64,000 bases of DNA from Zygnema circumcarinatum SAG 698-1b. Taxonomy: Eukaryota > Plantae > Zygnematophyceae. Positions 48,315 to 60,203 of this stretch are shown here, piece after piece. The stretch covers positions 1,488,001 to 1,552,000 of the forward strand of contig CM074804.1 of NCBI GenBank assembly GCA_037447605.1. The letters are read 5' to 3'. Below the pieces are notes generated by a model. The model did no database searches and was not told the origin of the DNA. It was given only the letters and a program-made list of their open reading frames with translations. The translations under genes and the position numbers were made by a program. The number at the start of each line of letters is the position of its first letter. The stretch's first letter is position 1.

Positions 48315-50950
48315 AGAGCGGAAAACTACGCCTAGGCACACAACGCAGCCCTAGAGCAGCCAAGGTCACCGATGTGCGGCACATCGCGAGGGAGTGGCGG
48401 AAGTCCCCGAGAACCCCCCGGAACCTCAAAAGTGTGTAGTACGGATCTGTACTGGCCACATCGCGCCTCGGCGCCGGTGCCCGCCACGCGTCGCGCCGTA
48501 TCAGACAAACTGAGTTGACTTGGTGTCCAAAAAAACACCGCCATACGACAGCGCCGACACATGCAGTTTCGCAAAGGACGAGACATTGATCTTACGAATG
48601 GTATGATGCCATGAAGTACCGTGTCGCTTTCGCTGACGGCCGACGGTTCACTAACCTGTCAGCCTCGGGTTCGCGTATGTTTACCAGGAAACGTTAAAAA
48701 GTTCCTTTGTCGTTTAATGTCTCGACAAAACGACGAACCTTTTGACCTGGCTCCAGCGTCGGTCCATGTCCCTCGCCGTTGTCGTATTCCGACGGTCAGC
48801 CTTCCGAAATTGGCGACTTCCAAGCGGACGAGGGCAAAGGGGCAGGCGAAGGGCCGTGGGGGGACTTGTGGCAAATATCCCGCCACGTGGCGCCGCCGCA
48901 TTGGGCCCCAAAGGGCGCCTGGTGAGGAAGGGGGCCGGGGATCGCGTGGCGGGGAGGCGGTCACGTGGTGGGGAGGGAAGGCTGCCACGTGGCGGGGAGA
49001 AGGAATCGTGTTTGTCTGACGCCGGGATTTGAGACTTTTGTCGTATTAGGTGGAACGATGGACAGAATCGCATATTGGGTTTATGGCGGGATGCGACAAA
49101 CGCGGCGGGAGCAGCGCACAAAGAAACGAATTAGAAAAATGGATGGATTTCTCACCATCCATAAAGCTATTTATGAACGTAAGGTTCAGATTTTCTTAAT
49201 TTCAATGCGATGATACCACGTAGCCCGTCCCGACCGTCCGATCGAGCGCGCGCTCACAAACGACGCACCGATCACTCAAGTCAACGGACATTTGCGTTTT
49301 GTCCTTTCCGCACAAAAATCGCATTTCGCATCGAGCCGGACAAATTGGCCCAGATCTGTTTCTGTCCATCCGTACTTTAATTGATGACCAACCGGTCGAT
49401 GCCAGATCCACCCCTCCGCAGTCCCTCCACGCCATCAATGCAAAAACGCCACGTGTCCTCCTCCAGCAGGCGCTGTCCGTCAGGCCAATGATTGCTGCCA
49501 AAGGTCAAAGTGGCCCTAGTGGCCCTGCTACCTTTTTTTTGTCCAAACCCCCGTGGCCTCCCCTCGGGGCGATCCACCTTCCGCCCTCGCCGACGGTCAA
49601 CCTCCCTCCCTTTGGCGCCCTCCCGCCGGCTCGCAACAGTCCAAACCGGAGCCCATTGTCAGACAAGCCGCAGTTACGTGCGCCCATTGGTGCCGCTGAC
49701 GGGGCAAGTAATCAGGACAAAATGCGAGCTTCCTATACGAAATTTATTTTGTCATATCTGAACGTTCACGCCATGTAGCCTTTCCTTACGAAACTTCCAG
49801 GAATTTGCATATGGAGGATACGTGGCCGCCCGTGGAGTGCACGCGCGGTGCTCGGTGCGAGGGCCACGTGGCAGTTGGCGTCAGGCGTGTACTTTTGGCA
49901 CGACAGAATCCCCACCAGATACGACGAGGGCGGCCGCCCAGGCTCGGAAAGGTGGCAAATCGCATGGCCACATTGCGCTGTGGGTCCAGCCGCGCAGTAT
50001 TCGGGCTGTGGAATCAGAAATGTGGGGTGTATCGCTAGCAAACTTTAAATTTAAAAATAAAGTGGCAAAATTATGAGAAACATTTGGTGGGGACCAATCG
50101 CAGAGTCCCAATACCGCTCAACGACAAACTGTTTCCGCTAATGACGTCACTCCTCCGTCAGGCCACTCGGCTCCTGCCCCCTCTGCCGCTGCCCGCCGCT
50201 CCAAAACGGCATTTTTACCCCACCGGCCGCCCCAAATAGTTCGATCCAAGCCACCTTTGACTTCTGCCGCCCGACGGGCCAAGTCCTTCGCACGCTCCAG
50301 TCCAAATCTGAGATCCGCTTGTCTGCTTCTCCGTGCAATTTTTAAATAAAAAGGACGAACGCATGTACGAATTCGTACCCTTTTCGACCGACCCAGCCGC
50401 CCGGCCCCTCCGCGAGCCCCCGTATGCTGCCACTTGTTGCCGCCCCCCGGCGCCAGCTGGCCACCGCGAGCTCCAATACGGTTCCGTACGGTCGTACACC
50501 CGCTCACGTCGGAGCGCCACTCGCCACAAAAGTTGCGGAAAGGACAAGAGCAGAATGTACGGCTCGTACAAACGTCCACCGGGCGCCGTACGGCATGGCA
50601 GGTTTCTGGCCGCGAACTGTACGGACGGCGGGGAGGGGCCCGTGTCGCATTGACCGCGGGAAGCGCGGCGGGGATAAAGGGCGGCGGGGGAGGGAGGGAG
50701 GAGAGAGAAGAACGGGAGAGAGAGCGGGAGTGAGAGTAACAGAGAGAGAGAGAGGGAAAGGGGTTGAAACAAAGACGTGGAGTGGGACGAGAGAGAGGTA
50801 GAGGGAGAGGAGTGAAACACAGACGTGGAGAGAGAGAGAAAAGGAGACAGACAGAGAGAGAGAAAGACAGAAAGAGGGTGACAATTCGATACATAGTAGT
50901 GGAAAGAAGTAGTAGAGGACGAGGAGAGAGAGAGAGTGAGCGAGATCGCG

Positions 50951-53667
50951 ATGGCCCTCGCCCCCTCATCCTCCCCCTTTGCCGCCTCCTCCTCCCGCAA
51001 GCCGACAGCGAGCCTCTCCCCAATGCCCCCCCGCCACGTGTCCCCCTCCCCCCCGGTCCTCGGCCAGGTCTGGGAGCCCCTCCCGGAGCAGCCCTCCTCC
51101 TCCTCCGCACGTGAGAGCGCGGCCCGCCCCGCGAAGGCTCCCCGCGGTGCGAGCGCGGCGCGGGCGGGCCCGGCGGTGCCCGTGAAGGCGGGGAAGCGGC
51201 CCTCGTGGAGCGCGGAGGAGGACCGCGTCCTGCTGCGCTACGTGGAGCGCTGCGGGCCGCGCCGCTTCAACGCGCTCAGGGAGAGGGGGCTGCTGCAGAG
51301 GGACGGGAAGAGCTGCCGCCAGCGATGGTCCTCGTGGCTGCGCCCGGATAGGCCCAACCAGAGGTGAGAGTGGGAGGGAGGGAGGGGAGGGAAGGAGACG
51401 GGGAGGGAGGGANNNNNNNNNNGGGAGGGAGGGAGGGAGGGGAAGGTGGAGGATGGGGGAGGCCCTTGGAGCGGGGGAGCCGATGTCAGGAGCGTTGGGA
51501 TGTGGATGATGTTGGGGTGGGGGGGGAGTGATGTTCGAGGGGGAGGGAGCCGTGGTGGAGGAGTGATGTTGGGGGGGGGGGGTGATGTAGGGGGAGGATG
51601 ATGATGATGTTGGGGACGGAGGAAATAGTTCAAGGAAAAGTTAGGGTATGGGTGAGTGCGGAATTGGGGGTAAATTTGGAGCTTTGGTGCATGAGGATGT
51701 GGAATTGATGTTGGGTGTGCAAGGTGATGTGGACGGTGTCCCTTGACCTGCCTTCACCTGATGCTTCCACCCTTCCTCGTCCTCCTCCCTTCTCTCCCTC
51801 TCCCTTCCCCTTCCCCACCCCATCCGCCTTCTTCTCTCCCTCCCTCCCTCCCTTCCCATCTTCTCTAGGCTTCCTCTCTCCCAACCACCTGTATTGTATC
51901 CAACGTTCCCAACTCATCCTTCCTTCTCTCTCTCTCTCCCCCGCAGAAAAAGCCGCAGCCGCATCGATTTGACCGCGGACGAGGAAGAGAGGCTCCGCTC
52001 CCTCCAAGCAACTATGGGCAACAAGTGGGCTCAAATGTCGTCCTTCTTCCCCCGCCACACCGCCCACGAAATCAAAAACCTATGGCACGGGAGGGTGAAG
52101 AAAAAACTTCTCGGGCTGTCGGCCGAAGAGAAGAAACCCTCTGAACCCTCAGAAAAAACGTCATCTCTCAAATCCTCTTCCAAACCCTCTCCCTCTTCCA
52201 GCAGCGCTCCCTCTAACCCTACTCCCCACTTCCACTCCTCCTCCTCGACCGGGGTAAGCTCCAACTCGTCCCCAGAAAACTCAAAATCTGTTCAGAATGA
52301 GACTCCTTCCGAGCCCTTTGAAAACAAGGCCGGCTCCTCTCCCCTTTCAAGCGCCCCTCCAACTTCAGACATAGAAATGACCTCGGAGGAGGACTCCGTT
52401 GAGAGCGGGTTTCCATGCACAGCGGCTCCAATCTCACCTTCCATTATCGTTCCCAAAACCGAAAATCCTCCTCTTGTTCTTCCTCCTCTTCGAGGAACGA
52501 GCTCCTCCTCCTCCCTCACTGAACTCGACCAGCTCGCGGGTCAAATCAGGAGGCAATTACGGTCTCTCGCAACGAGTTCCAACATGGGAACTGGAACTGG
52601 AACTGTGGGAGTCTCCCAACATGAGGGAGAGGTCCCTGGAATGCTCTCCCGCTCAAGTACCGCGACCACCCACACTGGGCATTCCTTTGAGCTCGATTCA
52701 ATGGCGGATGTGTCCTCCCTCTCCTTTTTTAGCATGCAATCCATGGCTGCGATCAACGCCAAACATGAAAGTGTGAGCCAACTTACAGATTCGATTCCGG
52801 ACTTTGGATGGCTGCCGGCTGCCGCTCCTCTCTCCTCTGTAAAGGTGAGTTTCTTATCCCACCTTTTTGATCCCTGCAATCTTCGCACCGCTTTTACTGC
52901 ATGCGTTATAGAAACTTCTCATCCTGCTATGGGATATAGGAACTTTTCGTAATCCTTTTTTTTTTTTCCTATTTTTTCAGGTTGAACATCTTGAGCATGC
53001 CACCAACTCTCTCCATCACCCCTACTTCCCTCCGGCTTCTCCCACTCTCCTCTGCCCTAAACCCTCGCTCTCCCCCTCCCTCATGTCGGCTCCAACGACG
53101 TTCCGTGCTCAGTCAGCTCTGGAAATTCTGAACGGAATTCCTCCATGTAGCCCCCTGTCCGTTAAGCATGTGCCCCCTCCCTCCTCCTCCTCAGCCCTCC
53201 CTCTCTCCACCGATGACATCTTTGAGCGACTAAAGCGCTTACATTCCTCTGGCGACAATAAAAGGATTCACCACTCTCTCCCCTCAAATTTCTCGTCCTC
53301 TCCCACTCCCTCTCCCTCCCCCTCACCCCCTCCCTCCTTCCCTCTCCTCGAGATCAGAACTTTCTCCAATCACTCCACTCCAGAGCTTTCATGTCGTGGC
53401 ATTAAGCGACCGCATATTCCGTTACATAGCACCCGGCACGGTCCCCTCTCCAATAAGAGTTTTTCCGCCATAGAGCACCCTTCAGAGGATTCCCTGCCTG
53501 TAGCTTCTCAGAAGTTTCAGGGTCTCAGCAGCTATATTTGGAGAGGGCCGGCGGTAGGGGAGAGAAAGGAGATGGCAGAGTGGGAGGGGGGGGAGGAGAT
53601 GGACGAGTGGGAGTCCGTATTGAACCTCTGGATGGATAATGGAATCATCTTGAGTACGGATGTGTGA
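50951..53667 (+). CDS. DUO1-like: Divergent R2R3-MYB transcription factor, DUO1-like (exons 50951-51362, 51947-52844, 52981-53667)
   Basis: R2 WSAEEDRVLLRYVERCGPRRFNALRERGLLQRDGKSCRQRW, an intron in the R2-R3 linker, and R3 LTADEEERLRSLQATMGNKWAQMSSFFPRHTAHEIKNLW. Acidic C-terminal EEMDEW. Confidence 0.8.
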
Positions 53668-53693
53668 GAGAGAGGAGGAAGAGAGAGCGAGAG

Positions 53694-53740
<47 letters not shown>

Positions 53741-55080
53741 TCGAGTACGCGCTACGCACAGGCGACGGAATCGGTAGCAGAGCTGAATACAACTTGTTTC
53801 AACAAGCGTCGAGGATTTCCCGCTCCTTACCTACCTTTGGGAGCTGTCCGACGATTCCTGGGCGTGTTGATGAATGCATAAGGATCGTAGATTGTCCGCT
53901 CTAAAGCCGCCGGCTTTGTTCTTCGCATGCACGCGCATGCAGCCACATGCAGTTCTTAGAAAGTCGAGTTGAAGGGTTTGGAAGGACGGCCAGGAGTAGA
54001 AATTAGGGTTAAGGGTTGTTCAAGCTGGCACCCCATCCGCACTGCACTTCCTTCCAGCTCTCATTCAGGGCGTCAGCAATGCAAATGGGGTACTTCAGTT
54101 TGGAAGAGGCTGACGTGAACTCCATGATGAAAAAAAAAAGGCAGAGTTCTGTAGGAGGTCTCCTGGCGTGACACGTGGCAGAGTCTGGAAGAAACACGTG
54201 GAGGGTCGACATGACACATGGCTGAATTAGAATAATTTGCATTGCTTAAAGCAGGAAGGAGTCCGAGAAGGCTTCAGGGTCTCATAGCATTAAACTACGA
54301 AGGGCGGTTCTCCATTCTATAGGTCGTTGTGAATAAGGTTTCAAGAAAAGCCGGAGTCTCATCTTTCTGTTTCTCATTATATAATACATTTTTTAAGTGC
54401 TCCTTCGGTCCTTCGGACGCAAAGTTTGCATGCTGAGAAATCTGCAACAATCATATGGCTGCTTCTCCGTCTGCTTCTGCTTCAGTTTCTACCTCAACTT
54501 CAACACTCCTGTTAGAGGATTCCAATGGAAGATGTGGACTGTACTTTTGAATCGTTTGATTCTGCATTGTGTTAAAAAAAAAAAAAACTGAAAATGAGTA
54601 AAACAAGCACGACAGTTCTGAAAGGTTTCTCCCTTCAACAAGGAAGAAAGGTTCTTGCAGAGGTGTTGAGGTGGAGAGGAATATATGCTTCACTACACAG
54701 ACTGATTGAAGGTCTCTAATTTCTTTGCAGTTGCGTTAATTGTAAGGTTCGTTGCATAGTTTTTTAACTCAGTCTTCAACTCCGCTTTACATGCAACGAG
54801 CAACTATAAACCAGGCGATGTTATTTTTTTGTCTGCACGTCTTCGTCACTATGCAGATGGCTAAGCTCGTCTGCGAGTGTGATTTTTTTTCAATTGCGAA
54901 GAAAGAAAGAAAGAAATAAATCCAGAAAGAAAACAAAGAAGCAAACTGAGGTATCTCTTATAAAATCTGTCCACTTCTTTAATTCTATTTCATTTTCTTA
55001 ATTCCACTTCACTTCCCCTATTTCATGTTGACTCGTAAAGGAAAGAGAAAAATACACCGCGAGAAGATGCGTTCCTGGAT

Positions 55081-55188
55081 GTATTGTCTGATTATGATGA
55101 TGCAATTTGAAGAGCCGTCATGCTCCCTCCCGCCCCCCCCCGTCGGAAGAGGGAGAGGGAGGGAGAGGGAAGGAGAGGGAATGGGAGG
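55081..55188 (+). repeat. 108-bp identical direct repeat, copy 1 (copy 2 at 56118-56225)
   Basis: GTATTGTCTGATTATG...GGAATGGGAGG is identical in both copies. Confidence 0.95.
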
Positions 55189-56117
55189 TTGGGTACAATA
55201 AGGGTATAGCCTAGAATTGTACGCTGTACGGTCCTTAGCCTTTTGTCGGCGGTCCTTAGGAGATTTGGTCACAGTCTGAACAGGGCGCTAGGGCGCTGTT
55301 CTTAGTGGGAACACGAGAAGTCTGAGTAGGACACGTGGAGGGCGGCGATAGGCCGCGCCACCACAGGAGTCTACTTAGAATTGATAAGTATAGTTTGGAC
55401 ACGTGGCGCGCAGCGATGGGCTGCGTGTCAGCTTTGTATTGCTTATTGCTTTAGTGGACGACCGTACGAAATGTCCGGAGCGTACGAGATGCATGGGTGT
55501 ACGGACGACCAACACTTAGGCGCTGGAGAAGCGCGCGCGTGGATGCGAAGCTTCGAGAAGGTCGGTGCGCCTTTGGAAGGAGGAAACTGTACGGACCTTC
55601 TCCCTCCTGGCCATGGCGACCATGAGGGTGAGTTCCAGCGCGGTGCGAGGCGAGCTCCTGGAGACGTGGAGCATCACCAGCGACATGGAGGTGCGCTGTG
55701 CGGTGGAGCGCGGTGGCGCGCGGCGGCGTGCAGTAGAACGTGGAGTAGTGCAGCGCTTAGTATTTAAGTAGGTGTTGATTAGGAGTTAATCAACCTGAGA
55801 GTTCAACTTAATTCAGCTGTAGCTTGGCTCGTGTTGCCGAGTGTAGTTGCCTGGCTGTATGGGCAGCAGGAAGTAGGGGAGTTAGTCAGAGCATAGGTGG
55901 AAGCCTGAGGGCTTGACATAAATGCTTGTTTCTCTTCATTTCTTTATTAAGGAGTTTTGAGGCCGAGGAGCTTTCTCCTTACTTATTCTCTTTCGGTGTT
56001 TGCTTGATTGGATCATTTGCTTTTCAGTGTGTGCACTTGAGGGTTGTATTGATTCAGACATTGCAAGCATGTCAGAGAGTGAGAGTAGTGGGAGGGACCA
56101 GGCTCAAATTGTCAACA
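55189..56117 (+). mobile_element. Probable solo LTR of about 930 bp
   Basis: Ends in TGTCAACA and begins (G)GTTGGG, resembling a damaged TGTTG..CAACA pair. TATA-like TATTTAAG at about 55761. No ORF. Bounded by the 108-bp repeats. Confidence 0.55.
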
Positions 56118-56782
56118 GTATTGTCTGATTATGATGATGCAATTTGAAGAGCCGTCATGCTCCCTCCCGCCCCCCCCCGTCGGAAGAGGGAGAGGGAGGG
56201 AGAGGGAAGGAGAGGGAATGGGAGGCGCCTGAGCACGCGTCGATCGAGTCCGCACATATATCGCAGTATTCGATACAGTATCATAATATCGTACCGGGTT
56301 ACATAATAGTATCGTATCGAACTTTCAAATTGTATCATATCGTATACATGAAACATATCGGTATTATCAGTTATATCGTGTCGTGCATATCTCTTCATAT
56401 CGTGTCCTTCGGCCCTTCATCGCAAAAAAAAAATCGTCCGCATGGAAACTCGCCGTTAGAGCGGTTCCATGTCCGGAAACTGGATGTAGAGCAGTTAAAC
56501 ACTTGGCAGTTAAACAAGCCCCTCCCGGAACGCTAACAGCGCGCATAGAGCGTAACAGGACAGGAACAGTAGCCCTTAGCCCTAACAAGCACAGTAACTG
56601 CCTGCTCTGCTCTCATCTGTGCTGCTCGCGGAATCAAATTTCGTTTCTGAAGGAAGAAGGGCAAGATTAAGGGTATCAGGCTTACCCTGAACCCTAATTA
56701 GCAGCCAGCAGGACAAGTTAAGCCGCTCCTCTTAACCGGCAGCTAACTCGGAGCAGCCATAGCAGACGCATCGGCGACAGAG

Positions 56783-57166
56783 ATGTATGATGAATCTACA
56801 AAAAGAGGTGCACTTCTTCAATTTTTTAACCCAATTTTTAAGTTTCGAAAAAACCTTACTTATTTTTCTTGTCAATGCCTTGTTCACATTTCACATCAAA
56901 CATGTCTATGTTTGGTTTTCCTTTGTCCATTGGTCTAACAAGGGGCAAGGTTTGGAAAATGTGCTTGCAGAAGGACCGCCACCTTCTGTGATTGAAAGCG
57001 ACGGAGATGAACGCTATACTGAATTTTTAAAGGGAGCGACGAGCTCTCAAAAGTACTCAGTTTGCACTGGTATGTGATCTCCTCTCTCTCTTGGATCTCC
57101 CGCTCCTTTCTCTCCTCCCTCTCCAGCTCCCTGTGCTTCTGCCTACTTGTTCTCTCTTTCTCTCTC

Positions 57167-57197
<31 letters not shown>

Positions 57198-59623
57198 TTG
57201 GCCTTCCTTGCCTCACCTCCCCTCCCCCCTCTCTCCTTCCCCCTCCCCCCCTCCTCTCCCTCCCACTCCCTCTCTCCTTCCTCTCCAGCTCCCTGTGCTT
57301 CTGCCTACTTGTTCTCTCTCTCTCTCTCTTTGGCCTACCCTGCCTCACCTCCCCTCCTCCCCCCTCTCCCCTTCCCCCTCTCCCCCTCCTCTCCCTCTCC
57401 CTCCCACTCCCTCTCCCGCAGAACATCTCCCATCCATGACTCATGTTATGCAGATTTCCTTTCCATCAATGACCGTTCATCCGAGTCTCCTTCACAGCGC
57501 AGCCGTCGGATTGGTCTCAGGAGACGCGTGGAAGAAGGTCTGCGGTCCCTCCTTCTGCACGATCCGGCCAATAGGAAGGAGACACGTGTTTGGCTTGCCG
57601 CCTCGTTGGCAAAGCTTCAACTTCGGAAGTCGCGGAAAAAAAAACTCTTTTTGGGTCTTTTTCCGTCTCCGAAAAGTCAGTCATCTGCAGAAGATGAAAG
57701 TGAAAAGGACCAGGTTTTGAAATCCAGGTACATTTCTTTTGTCGGTTCTTTTTTTTTGTTTCTAATTCTTCTTCCCAAGATTATTCCCTATGATCTCTTA
57801 CTTGCTTTTTTTTGTTTAATTTCTCTATGGCAGACTGTCATTGGCCAGGCAATTTTTGGTTCTGCTTTGCAGCAGTCGACCAGGTGACGTTGTAAAACTT
57901 TTAAATCGAGATGCCGAACTTATACGGCGATTCTTCAAAGGTCAGCAACGAGAGAGTAATCGCTCAAACACTTCCTTTGGCTCACTTTTCTCCTTCCCTC
58001 CTTCTCACTGACCCAAAACCCCTATATCTTTCTCTTTCTTACTGCCTCACTCTCCCCCCCCTCCTCTCTCTCTCGCTCTCACTCTTTCCTGTTCGCTTTC
58101 CCATTCATTCCAAAATTTTGGACACTGTGGCTGCAGGAAGTAGGAGGAGAACTACTCTTTTTTTTAGCCATTTTTCCACTTCGGGTGCGCATAGGTTAGG
58201 AGCGCGAGCTATATCGAGGTTCGCTTTCTCATACAGAAACGAATGTTGGGAGGAGCTTTCTTGGGCGGGGAAACATGCGCAGTCGCCAGTCAACGTAGCT
58301 TCAAAACCGCATTACTTTTGTGAATTAAACGTCGAAAAAACGGTGGAGAGTCTGATTGAAAGAGTTCCAACTTTTTGGACATCAGATGAGCTGTGGGAGT
58401 CGTTAGAAAGTGGGGAAGTTGTGAGTTTAGACCAAGGGTACTTCGCGGAGGAGCTTCTAGAGAGGATGGTGGGAGGGAGGGATAGAAGAGATGGGGAGAG
58501 AGGAGGGGAGGGAGAGGAGCGGGAGCGCGTGAGGGCGAGGGAGAGAGTGTGGGATGAAGTGGAGAAGGTTTTGGAGGACGAGGACTTTGGGGAGTTGTGT
58601 CGAAGACTTCTCCATTTGACAAACGAGAGGGATCTTTTGGAGTTCGTTAATGGGGTATGCCGGTGTTTAGAGAGGGAGGGAGAGAGTGAGGAGTTTAGGG
58701 GGAGAGAAAAAGGAGGTAGAAATGGAGGGGTCAAGGAGGGGAGGAGGAGGGAGGGGGACGTTATAAGGAGCGGATGGGAGGGAGACGAGGGGAGAAAGCT
58801 GAAGGAGGGGGAGTGGGAGTGCGTGAAGGAGAGGGTCGATGAAGCCGCATTCCGTGACGTAACTTGGGAAAACTTGGACACTGTACTTTTATGTTGTGCC
58901 TGTGCAAATTTCGGGCGTACAGTTGTAAAATTAGTTGAAGAAGAGGAAAATTTAGAGACAAAGAATAGCATAAGGGAAGCCATTAGGACATACGAGGAAG
59001 GAGAGGGAGAATGTGTTACGGCTGGAGAGAGGAGAGCAGAGGGAGGAGGCGAGAAAGGGAGAGAGAGGAGAGGAGAGAGAGGGAGCGCAAGGTGGAACAT
59101 GGTGATAGAGGCCTGGATACTGAGATACCGACTAAGTATGGTGAAGGGGAAGGAGGGGGAGCTGAAGAGGTTGTTGAAAGAAAGTAAAGTGAGCGTGGAG
59201 ACGGATGAAGGGGAAGAGGCGAGGAGAGGGGAGGAGAAGGAGAGGAAAGAGAGGGAGAGGGAGAGGAAGAGAGAGAAGAAGAGAGGGAGGAAGCGTGGGA
59301 GGAGTGAGAGGAGTGGGAGTGAAGAACTGCGAAGTGAAGGACGGTGGAAGGTTTCAATCGATGGTTGTTCCGCGGCCTGGACGATGGTACGGAAGGGCCC
59401 TGAACCCCAAGTTTGGTCCTAGCGAGGCATGAGGGTTGGTAGCGCATACGATTGTTCAACAAAACATGGAGGGTCTAGTGGTTGTACATGCATTCGATTG
59501 CGTGGGTTTTTGTTTCAAGGATTTGGTTTTTTTTTTGGGAGGTTGTAGGAGGAGGTTCCGGATGCCGTGGCCGACTTCGCCCTCTCGTCGCGACTCAAGC
59601 GGGAAACGGGTTGGCGAATTTAA
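56783..59623 (+). CDS. Conserved plant protein of unknown function, 6 exons
   Basis: In-phase exons at about 56783-56807, 56970-57068, 57453-57728, 57833-57940, 58137-59385 and 59549-59623. Motif WEELSWAGKHAQSPVNVASKPHYFCELNVEKTVESLIERVPTFWTSDE matches a land-plant unknown-protein family recalled from memory. Confidence 0.78.
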
Positions 59624-60203
59624 CAAGTGTCTAAGAAAAAAAAGAAAAAAAAAGAAAAACAAAGGGGAATGAGTGAATTTGTCTTGAGTCCGACCATCTC
59701 ATTGCGATCCAAAGCACACTGCGAATCTCTTCGAATGAGGACGGTTCTGCTCTGGGCTTGCCAACATATTTTCTTCCCTTTTCTTTTTTCCAATATAAAA
59801 AGTACAAAGAATCGATTTTCATGTATACAGCCGCGGAGACACTAGCGGCGAGGGACCCTTCGCTTTCACCTTTTCATAAGAAAATGCAAAACTCAGATTG
59901 AAGCATGCCGACGCCACATGCAGCGCTATCCCTCTCTTTAAGCTCTTGTTTTTGTTTCTTCTCGCATTGAATTTTTGAATTCATAATCAAATCTGAAGGT
60001 AAAGTTGTCCGCACGTCACGAGACGTGACAGTCAACGTGACGAAAAGTGGTTGTCACGTCGCGAACTGCGAGCGAGCGAGCGCGTTCGTCGCTGCCGACC
60101 ACCGACGTCAGCAGTTGCAATTAGGGTTTGGAACAGTGGAGGTGTTAGGGTTAGGGTTGGGGTTTAGAGTCAGGAAGCCTCGGGATTAGGGTTAGGATAG
60201 AGC

